From an uncultured Burkholderiales bacterium (lineage in GTDB: Bacteria; Pseudomonadota; Gammaproteobacteria; Burkholderiales; Burkholderiaceae_C), in contig CALMIL010000025.1 in the NCBI GenBank assembly GCA_937864005.1, positions 2,162 to 66,161 of the forward strand: a stretch of DNA of 64,000 bases, given 5' to 3'. Below, in pieces: positions 45,431-53,293 of this stretch. The notes beneath the pieces are model-generated. The model did not search any database. It saw only the letters and a list, made by a program, of their open reading frames with translations, and was not told the DNA's origin. How positions within the stretch are numbered: the stretch's first letter is position 1; every line of letters begins with the position of its first letter. Position numbers and translations under genes: made by a program.

Positions 45431-47523
45431 GCCCGTGCCACTCGTGTGCCGACGCCGTGCAACGATGTTCGCGCCGGCATCTTGGGGGAGTCAGCGGCGC
45501 TCCAAGCGGCGAGAGCCGAGGGCGCTTGCGCTTGCCAGATCACTTCGACCGCGGGAGGCGTTTCCCACTCCAGGTCGATCGCCTGGTCGGTCGGGTTGAC
45601 GATCAGCCACTCTATCGCCTCGCCACGGCTGAGGTTCGCGACTCTCAGCCGGGGGTCGACCGGGTTCGGACAAGGGCACTGCTGAGCGGGTGTCACGGCT
45701 TCGGCGTTCGAGCCGAGCAGCGAGGGCGGCAATCCGAGACCGTTGTCCTCCAGGTCCAGAATGGCTTGCGCCAGCCATGCACGATAGCGTTGATCCGGCT
45801 TGGCAAGGGCAAGGTGGTAGAGCGCCTCGGCCCAGAAGCCGAGGGCATCATCCTCCTTGCCCTTCAACTCTTTCCAGCGTGCCGTGATGCCGCACTCGTG
45901 GGTGAAGGCAAAGCTCTCGGCCAAGAGCAAGTCCATTGCGGCGTCGTCGAACTGGCGTCTCGTTCGAATCAAGTCCATCAAGTTCACGGGCTGATAGCGA
46001 ACCGAAGATGCCCGCATCGTGAGATCCCGCTCGATGTATCCCCCCGGCATCACCAGGCGCGGTAACCGGCTCTTGATTCGCGGCAGCCAGGGAACGAGGT
46101 GCTTCCAGGCCACGCGCTTCAGAGCCCGCAGGGGCAGCGGCAGTGCTCTTGCCCGTTCCGTCGGTAGAAAAGTCAGACCGATCACTCGGAACAGCGGGCG
46201 ATAAAGCCAATCCGCAGGACGAAGAGCGAGCACGGCGCGAGTGGTGGCGCAGGCCGAAGCAATGAGCTCCGCGTGTCGGCCGTCTCCGCTGACGTCGCGA
46301 TGGCGGGCCATCGCAATGTTGGTATCCAGGTGGGTGTTGAGCACCAACAGATTGCTCTTTGCCTTGCCCAGAGCACGGCTGTGCACGTAGCGGAATGGAT
46401 AGCGTTGCATTGCCTCGGTGCTGAGCTCCAGCGAGTCATGGAGATACCAGGCCCCTGATTCCAAACGGTCTGTCTTGGTCGCGGCGAACGCCGCGGCTCT
46501 CGCCAGTGCAGCGCCTACGGCTGCATCCCGCGTCTCCTCGAAATGGGCGGCGAGCAGGTGCATCGCCGCACTATGGAGCCGGAAGTGCGACTCCATCTCG
46601 TCGGTCCATTCGCCGTGATACCAACCGCCGTCGGCAGCCTGCCGGTCGACCACGGCGAACACCACCTGGATCCTGAGGAGCTCATAGAGCTTCTTGCCCG
46701 TTGCTCGCAGCAGCCCGGTCAGGGTCACATACAGCGCATAGGCATCGAGCTCCGAGCACACACGCCAGTACTTCGGCCACACCTCGTGGTTTTCGTAGAC
46801 GTGGCCGTGCACCCAGTGCAGATAGAGATCGGCCGGCCGCGCGTAGGCGGTGTGCGAGCTCCAGAGAAAGTAGCGTTGCCGTTCGAGTGACGTGAGGTCC
46901 TGGAGCGATCGCAGCAGATCGACCTCATCGGCCGGGAGCCGCCAGATCACGACGTCGAGCACGTGACCGGCGGGATGCTCCAGATGCGCGGCAAGGCCGG
47001 CCGCTGAAACACCGAACCCGGCAAAGCCCGCCGGCCGTTGAGACAGGATATGACCATGTTCGTCCAGTCGGCGCAGCATGGGGGGACGCGGGATCCAGTA
47101 GGCGTCCAGCCCGTCCGTCATCGGCGTCAGCAACCAGCCGCCGGCCGCGACCGACAGCAACTGATGGCCGCCCGTGACACCCAGCGTCAACCGCTGGCCA
47201 TCGCCGACGGGGAAGCGGACCGCTGCACATTCGACGGCAGACGGCCCCAGGCGATCCATCACCAGCTCAGCCGCGCCCCGCAGCCGAAACCTGGCAAACC
47301 CTTCACCACGCAATGACTCGGCCGTGTCGGCCATGACCGCCACTGCCGCGCCGAAGAGAGATTTCAAGTCGACTGCATGCGGCGACGCGCCTGGCGCGCC
47401 GCTGCCCGATCCGCTGGACGGGGCTGTGGCATCAGGCCGCGAGCCCTTCGCCGGGACACTGGCGCGCTCGGCAACACCGTGCGGCGATGTTCCGGGGGGT
47501 TCGAAGAGTGCGGCGGTATCCAC
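45427..47523 (-). CDS. Large hypothetical protein (698 aa), family not recognised; possible alpha/alpha-toroid polysaccharide-modifying enzyme
   Basis: The long ORF has high third-position GC and 4-nt overlaps on both sides within the operon. Segments such as ADGGWYHGEWTDEMESHFRLHSAAMHLL, ESGAWYLHDS and NLLVLNTHLDTNIAMA vaguely recall glucuronyl C5-epimerase / heparinase-type toroid domains. That is a weak impression only. Confidence 0.5.
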   Translation of the reverse strand: MDTAALFEPPGTSPHGVAERASVPAKGSRPDATAPSSGSGSGAPGASPHAVDLKSLFGAAVAVMADTAESLRGEGFARFRLRGAAELVMDRLGPSAVECAAVRFPVGDGQRLTLGVTGGHQLLSVAAGGWLLTPMTDGLDAYWIPRPPMLRRLDEHGHILSQRPAGFAGFGVSAAGLAAHLEHPAGHVLDVVIWRLPADEVDLLRSLQDLTSLERQRYFLWSSHTAYARPADLYLHWVHGHVYENHEVWPKYWRVCSELDAYALYVTLTGLLRATGKKLYELLRIQVVFAVVDRQAADGGWYHGEWTDEMESHFRLHSAAMHLLAAHFEETRDAAVGAALARAAAFAATKTDRLESGAWYLHDSLELSTEAMQRYPFRYVHSRALGKAKSNLLVLNTHLDTNIAMARHRDVSGDGRHAELIASACATTRAVLALRPADWLYRPLFRVIGLTFLPTERARALPLPLRALKRVAWKHLVPWLPRIKSRLPRLVMPGGYIERDLTMRASSVRYQPVNLMDLIRTRRQFDDAAMDLLLAESFAFTHECGITARWKELKGKEDDALGFWAEALYHLALAKPDQRYRAWLAQAILDLEDNGLGLPPSLLGSNAEAVTPAQQCPCPNPVDPRLRVANLSRGEAIEWLIVNPTDQAIDLEWETPPAVEVIWQAQAPSALAAWSAADSPKMPARTSLHGVGTRVARA

Positions 47524-47525
47524 AC

Positions 47526-48989
47526 CTATGCGCGCTGCAGCCGCAGGGCTTGGAGCCAGCGTGCGCGCTCACCTGCGATTGAGCTGATCGGAAGCGTCAG
47601 AAAGGCGGCAGCGTAGGCAATACCGCCGGCCAGTGAACCCAGAGCCAGCTCGAGGAGTGGCGACTCCCAAGGCAGATGTTCGAACACCAAGTACTTCATG
47701 AAGACAAGAGCGATCAACATGGACAGGCAAAGGACCGCGCTCGACCGCAGCGTTGCAAGCACCTCCAGGGCCGTCATTGGCAGCCGAGTCGCGACCAGCC
47801 AAGTGATATGGAGCGCCGCCCCTGCTCGTGCGAGCACGATGCCCGCGGCGATCCCGGCGACACCCCAGTGCATCCCGAGCAAAATGCCTGCCACGGTAGT
47901 ACCGAGGAACGTGACCTGCACCACGAGCTCGCGTCCGAGCATGTTTTGGGCTGCCAGCACCGCCCCCGCCGGGTGGCCGATGCAGGTGAAGACACCCGAC
48001 AGGGCCAGGATCGACAAGGGCGTGATTGCCTCGGTCCACTTCGACCCGTAGACGCCCAGGATAAAGGGCTCGGCCAGCCAGGCCATGCCGAGGTAGAGCG
48101 GAAGCGTGTAGACCGCCAGCATCTCGATGCTGCGCAGGTACAGCCGCTTCGACTCCGCGAGGTCGCCTTGCACGGTCGACAGTCCGCGAAACAGGGCCTC
48201 ATAGAGCGAGCCGCTGATCGTCCCGAACGGAATGTTGACCAGGCTGTCAGCCTTGTTATAGGTGCCCACGACGGCGGGCCCCATCTCGCGGCTCATCACG
48301 AGATTCGCGGATTGAGATCGGGCGTAGCCGACGATGTCATTGAGGGAAAACTTCAGGCCGAAGGCGGCGAAACGCCGTGCTCGCCGCAGGCTGAGCAAGG
48401 GCTGCGGCGCGTATCGCGCAACCCACATCAACGCAGCAATGGTGGCGACGGAACCAACGTACCCGGAGATCACCAGGCTCCAGACGCCCCATCCGTACCA
48501 GGCGAGCGCGATGCCGACAAGCCCGGTCAGCAAGCCTGATGCGACATTGACAAGCGACGTCTCCTTGAAGCGCATCTGGCGCCTGAGGATCACCGAGGGG
48601 ATATTGATGAGTGGCCTCAGCAAGAAGGCAAAAGTCGAAATGCGCACGAGATCGGTGTAAATGGGATCACCGAAGGCCTTGGCAATGAGCGGCGCCGTGA
48701 CGAAGAAAACGGCGTAGATGAGCAAGCCGATCAGGAATTGCGCGACAAACACGGCGTGAAAGTCGAGACGCTCGACGTCCTTCTCGCGGATCAGCGCTTG
48801 ACCCATGCCTCCACCGGCGATAAGGCCGGCCAGACCAGTGAAGATCTGGACGGTGACAATGAGGCCGAAATCTGCCGGCGTGAGCAAACGAGCAAGGACA
48901 ATTCCGATCGCGAACTGGACGATCTGACTACCCAACGAGCCGAAGAGCAGCCACTTGGCGCCGGATCGGATGGACTCACCTATGCTCAT
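47526..48989 (-). CDS. Wzx-type polysaccharide flippase (MOP superfamily)
   Basis: MSIGESIRSGAKWLLFGSLGSQIVQFAIGIVLARLLTPADFGL... and about 12-14 TM helices. I chose the ATG at 48989 to avoid overlap with the upstream AsnB-like gene. The track ORF starts at 49091. Confidence 0.8.
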   Translation of the reverse strand: MSIGESIRSGAKWLLFGSLGSQIVQFAIGIVLARLLTPADFGLIVTVQIFTGLAGLIAGGGMGQALIREKDVERLDFHAVFVAQFLIGLLIYAVFFVTAPLIAKAFGDPIYTDLVRISTFAFLLRPLINIPSVILRRQMRFKETSLVNVASGLLTGLVGIALAWYGWGVWSLVISGYVGSVATIAALMWVARYAPQPLLSLRRARRFAAFGLKFSLNDIVGYARSQSANLVMSREMGPAVVGTYNKADSLVNIPFGTISGSLYEALFRGLSTVQGDLAESKRLYLRSIEMLAVYTLPLYLGMAWLAEPFILGVYGSKWTEAITPLSILALSGVFTCIGHPAGAVLAAQNMLGRELVVQVTFLGTTVAGILLGMHWGVAGIAAGIVLARAGAALHITWLVATRLPMTALEVLATLRSSAVLCLSMLIALVFMKYLVFEHLPWESPLLELALGSLAGGIAYAAAFLTLPISSIAGERARWLQALRLQRA

Positions 48990-49068
48990 TGCGTGGGGGG
49001 CAGTCTCTTGAGATTTCTGCGAAAGGCCACTCGGGCACAGGGTTTCGTCAAGTCCGGGCCGGCTCGCT

Positions 49069-50775
49069 TCAAGCGATTGCCCCGCGGTCATGCCGCAGCC
49101 ACTGCTCCAGCATCATCAGGATCCACACCATCTCGCCGTAGTACCCTGGGTGCGCGGGCAGGTGCTCCTTCAGCAGCGTGTCGATGAACGCCGGCTGCAC
49201 GATGCCGCGCCCCGCCAGCGACTGCAGCGAATCGCTGGCGAAGCGCCTGAGCGCATCGTGCCGGTTCGCCCACACCCCGAACGGCAACCCGAACCCCTGC
49301 TTCTTCTTCGCCAGGATCTCGTCCGGCAGGAAGCCCCGCAGCGCCTCCTTGAAGAACCAGCGCAGCTTCAATCCCTTGAGCTTGTAGTCGCTCGGCAGCT
49401 CGAGCGAGAAGTCCACCAGCGCCCGGTCGAGGAACGGGAAGCTGACCGCGACGCCGGCCAGGCTCGCGCTGCCGCAGACCTTGGGCAGGTCGGCCTCGGC
49501 CAGGGTGTAGCGCCAGTCGTAGGCCAGCATGCGGTTCAGCGCGCTGGCCGGGGCCGGCACCTGCTGCCACACGCCTTGCTGCTGGCGCAGCGGGTCGGCT
49601 TCGTCCATCCGGGCCAGGAAGTCGGCGGTGAACACCTGCCGCGGATCGAGCCGCAGCAGCAGGTTGTACATCTGCATGCGGTCCGGCAGCGGCACCTTGG
49701 CCTGCTCGACGTAGCTGCGCCCCTTGCGCGCGAGCGGCAGCGCGCCGAGCGGCGTCTTCTGCAGCAGCGGCTCGAGCACGCCGCCGCGCAGCGCGCCGGG
49801 CACGTGGCCGTACCAGCCGAAGACACGCTGCTTCGCGTAGCGCACGTTGCCGCCGAAGAGCTCATCCCCGCCGTCGCCGGCCAGCAGCAGGGTCACGCCG
49901 TCTTCGCGCGCCATCCTGGCGCAGTAGTACGCCGGCAGCACCGATGAGTTGCCGAAAGGCTGGTCGTAGTGCGCGGCCACCGCCGGGATGCTCTTGACCA
50001 GGTCGCCCGGCGTCACGTAGTACTCGTGGTGCTCGGTGCCGAAGCGCTTGGCGGCAATGCGCGCGAAGCGCATCTCGTCGTAGCCCTCGGCCTCGAAGCC
50101 GATCGAATACGTGGCCGCCGGCCGGCCGGCCACCTTGCCGATCATGCCGGCCACGGTGGAGCTGTCGGTGCCGCCGCTCAGGAAGCACGCCGGCTTGCTG
50201 CCGTCCAGCCGCGCCGCCACCGCATCCTGCACGAGCTGGCGGAACTCGGCCGCCAGCGCGGAGAAGTCCGACCGCGCGGGCTCTTCGAAGCGCGGCACCC
50301 AGTACGGCGCGACGTCAAGTCGCCCGCCTTCGAACCACGCGCAATGCGCGGGCGGCAGCCGGTACACGCCCTTGAAGATCGTGCGCGGCGACGGGATGAC
50401 GTGGAAGTAGACGTAGTCGAAGATCGCCTGCGGGTCGATCTCGGCGCGCGGTGCGAGCGCTGCCAGCTCGTCGGCCCGCGCCGCGAAATGAAGCCGCCCT
50501 TCGATGACGCGATAGCACAGGGTGCGGATGGCGAAGCGGTCCACCGCGAGGAAGCAGCGCCCCGCCGCGTCGATGAGCCCGACCGCAAAGTCGCCTTCGG
50601 CGCTGTTGGCTGCCGCCGCAGCGCCTTGGGCCAGGGCCGCCTGCCACGCCGCCGCATCGCCCTGCGTGCGCGCCAGGCCGGCAAGCCGGCTGTCGCTGAA
50701 GCGGGGGGAGCCCAGCGTCAACGTGGGCGTGGCACGGCGGGAAGGGGCGAAGACGGCTTCGTTCATGCGGTGCAC
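49069..50775 (-). CDS. Asparagine-synthase-family protein without an N-terminal Cys nucleophile
   Basis: PP-loop CFLSGGTDSSTVAGM, LLAGDGGDELFGG, KQGFGLPFGVW. The N-terminus (MHRMNEAVFAPSRR...) lacks MCG. Confidence 0.8.
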   Translation of the reverse strand: MHRMNEAVFAPSRRATPTLTLGSPRFSDSRLAGLARTQGDAAAWQAALAQGAAAAANSAEGDFAVGLIDAAGRCFLAVDRFAIRTLCYRVIEGRLHFAARADELAALAPRAEIDPQAIFDYVYFHVIPSPRTIFKGVYRLPPAHCAWFEGGRLDVAPYWVPRFEEPARSDFSALAAEFRQLVQDAVAARLDGSKPACFLSGGTDSSTVAGMIGKVAGRPAATYSIGFEAEGYDEMRFARIAAKRFGTEHHEYYVTPGDLVKSIPAVAAHYDQPFGNSSVLPAYYCARMAREDGVTLLLAGDGGDELFGGNVRYAKQRVFGWYGHVPGALRGGVLEPLLQKTPLGALPLARKGRSYVEQAKVPLPDRMQMYNLLLRLDPRQVFTADFLARMDEADPLRQQQGVWQQVPAPASALNRMLAYDWRYTLAEADLPKVCGSASLAGVAVSFPFLDRALVDFSLELPSDYKLKGLKLRWFFKEALRGFLPDEILAKKKQGFGLPFGVWANRHDALRRFASDSLQSLAGRGIVQPAFIDTLLKEHLPAHPGYYGEMVWILMMLEQWLRHDRGAIA

Positions 50776-51074
50776 AGGCTTGCGCGCAGGGGGCCGACTG
50801 TCTTGGCCGCCCTGGTTTCGCCGGTTCGCGCGATGGTTGTTGGCATCCCGGATTCTGCGATGAATTCATCGCATCGAGCCTGCTCCCGATCGGCCGCCGC
50901 GCACTTCCGTGACTTTCTGACTCACATTCCGACATAGGTCGCAGCACCTCGGCCGGCCCGAGAGCGGCCAAGCCCCGTGGCACGCGGTCCCCCGCAAACA
51001 TGGTCACCCGTAAACCCCTGTCAACGCTAGACTGTCAACCCCAAGCCAGCATCCCGCCCACACCCGTCGTGCCG

Positions 51075-52067
51075 ATGCGCCCAGTGTCCGATCGCCCCCA
51101 TCGCCTTGTGCAGCACGGCGCCTGGCTGCTGGCGCTGCTCTGCGGCGCGGCCTGCGCGCAAGTGCCGACGCTTTCGCTCGAATCGCTGCCCAGGCCGTCG
51201 ACCCCGCCGCCCGAGATCGGGCCCGTCGTGCCGGTGCAGGTTCAGCGCTGGCGCGGAGAAGCCCTGGCCTACGAGCATGGCGACGGTGTGCCACGCGACC
51301 CCGTCCTCGCGGCGCAGTTGTATTGCCGCGCTGCGCGCTACGGCGATGCCGAGGCGCAGTTCAACCTGGCATGGATGCTGACCAACGCGCGCGGCATCGA
51401 GCGCGACGATGCACAGGCGGCGCATTTGTTCGCTGCCGCCGCCGAGCAGGGCATGGTGCAGGCCAAGAACATGCTTTCCGCGCTCGGCACGCCGCGCGGC
51501 CCGGTGCCGGCGTGCCTGCGCCCGCCGGAGGCCGACGCCGCTGCACCCGCTGCGGCGGTTGCGCGGCAGAACGCGCCGGTGGCGGTACCGCCCGCCCCTG
51601 CCAACGCACCGGAGCCGATCGTCAGGTTCGTCAAGCTCGTCGCACCCGAGTACCGCCTCGCGCCGCACCTGGTTCTGGCGGTGATGGCAACCGAATCGAA
51701 CTTCGATCCATGGGCGGTTTCGCCGAAGAACGCGCAGGGCCTGATGCAACTGACGCCCGACACGGCAGCGCGCTTCAAGGTCCGCCGCATCACCGACCCG
51801 GTGCAGAACATTCGCGGCGGCATGGCTTACCTGCGCTGGTTGATGGCGTATTTCGAAGGCGACCTCACGCTCGTGCTGGCTGCGTACAACGCCGGCGAGA
51901 AGGCCGTCGAGCGCTATCACGGCGTGCCGCCCTACGCCGAGACGCGCGAGTACGTGCGGCGCATCCTCGGCGCCGTCGGCGGGCAGCGTTCGTACCCGTT
52001 CGACCCTGCGGTGACGCCGCCATCGGATCTGCTGGCACTGCTGCGCGAACCGCCGCGCAAGCGCTGA
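51075..52067 (+). CDS. Sel1-repeat / soluble lytic transglycosylase (SLT domain) fusion protein, secreted
   Basis: Signal peptide ...GAWLLALLCGAACAQ. Sel1 repeats (ALAYEHGDGVPRDPVLAAQLYCRAARYGDAEAQFNLAWML...). SLT catalytic motifs MATESNFDPWAVSPKNAQGLMQL and AAYNAGEKAV. I chose the ATG at 51075; the track ORF starts at 51000. Confidence 0.8.
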   Translation: MRPVSDRPHRLVQHGAWLLALLCGAACAQVPTLSLESLPRPSTPPPEIGPVVPVQVQRWRGEALAYEHGDGVPRDPVLAAQLYCRAARYGDAEAQFNLAWMLTNARGIERDDAQAAHLFAAAAEQGMVQAKNMLSALGTPRGPVPACLRPPEADAAAPAAAVARQNAPVAVPPAPANAPEPIVRFVKLVAPEYRLAPHLVLAVMATESNFDPWAVSPKNAQGLMQLTPDTAARFKVRRITDPVQNIRGGMAYLRWLMAYFEGDLTLVLAAYNAGEKAVERYHGVPPYAETREYVRRILGAVGGQRSYPFDPAVTPPSDLLALLREPPRKR

Positions 52068-52146
52068 AGCGCCGCAGGCATCACCCGGGCGCGCGGGTGT
52101 CGGCCGGGCTGCAGCGGCCGATCGGCGGGTGCGTCGCGGCGACGTA

Positions 52147-53216
52147 TCAGCGGGGCGAAAGCGCGGCGATGTCGATCCGCCGATTGCCGCCGCCGTCCCA
52201 GCCGGCGGCAAGTCAAGTTCCCCCGGGCCGACGAAGCGGTTGTCGGCGATGCGCACCGGGGTCTCTCCTGCCAGACGCTCGGCCCACACATGAACGAAGC
52301 GCGCCTGCGGGCCGGCGGCATTGACCAAGGTGTTGTCCGTCAGCACCAGGCTGCCGCGCATGCCGTCGCGCGCCTCGGCGCCCATGCTGACCAGGTCGGG
52401 GTTCTGCGTTTTCGCGCTCTGGGCGATCAGGTTGCCCACGACCACGTTGTCGCCACCGTTCGGAAACTCGATCTCGTACGAGGCTTCGCCCGCCGGCCTG
52501 TCGTCGAGGTGGTTGTAGAGCACACGACTGCGCAGCGCCCTCGACTTCAGCAGGTGGCCGCGCCAACCCCCGCTGAAGCGGCTGCCGCGGATGCTGAATT
52601 CGCCGATCGCGCCGACGTACAGCAGGTGATGCAGCGCTCCCTCGTGGCGCGGCGCGGCGCCGAACTCGCAGCCGGCCACGTCGAGCTCCATGTCGGCGTC
52701 GTTGGCGGTCAGGATGCCCATCTCGTTGTCGAAGAAGCGGCAGCGCCGCACGGCGAGCCGGCCCCGCTCGAAGCGGATGCCGGCCCCGTTGCCAGCGGGC
52801 ACGCGGGCACCGCGGAACTCGAGGTTCTCGACCACGACATCCCCGCGCACGACCAGAATGCCCTTGCCTTCGGCATCCCGCCCGTCAGCGTGGAACACGG
52901 CGCCAGCGCCGAGACCGCGGATCGTCAGCCGCGGCAACGCCACGACCGCCGCGTCGCCGTGGTACTCGCCAGGCTGGACCTCGACGACGTCGCCGCTGGC
53001 GGCTGCATGCATCGCGGCATGCAGCGTGCGGAAGCGCTCGTTGGGGCCGACACCGAGCGTCCGACGCATGCCGCTTTGTGCACGTACCAGCAGCGGCGCG
53101 GCCAAGGCCAGAGCCAACGCCCGCCGAGCGCGCCCAACCCGAGAGAGCCCATCGTTCACTCGGGGCGACGCAGCGAGCGCAAGAGGTTGTTGATCGGAAT
53201 GTGTGCCGCCCGCCAT
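52147..53216 (-). CDS. Secreted right-handed parallel beta-helix repeat protein; 3' end uncertain (possible frameshift)
   Basis: The N-terminal ~340 aa of the 729-aa track ORF (51027-53216) carry a signal-like region (RRALALALAAPLLVRAQS) and beta-helix repeats (VVENLEFRGARVPAGNGAGIRF, CRFFDNEMGILTAN...). Downstream of ~52190 that frame is the codon-aligned antisense of the SLT gene. A neighbouring frame ends at TGA 52149-52147. The coordinates cover the domain-supported part only. Confidence 0.5.
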
Positions 53217-53293
53217 TCGGACTCGTCAGGCTGTCTCCCGGGCCGGGTGCCAAGCCGATCGTCTCCGTGTCTCTGAAGTGGGCCTACCGCCCG

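Noticed and set aside
50978-50995. A perfect sigma-54 -24 box, TGGCACG, upstream of the SLT gene.
   Set aside because: The nearest GC dinucleotide that could serve as the -12 element is 3 nt too far away (GG to GC = 15 instead of 12) and there is no TTGC. Sigma-54 spacing is strict.
51027-52146. The C-terminal ~360 aa of the 729-aa beta-helix ORF as real coding sequence.
   Set aside because: This part is the codon-aligned antisense of the Sel1-SLT gene, which has clear catalytic motifs. The extension is Arg/Ala-rich without motifs.
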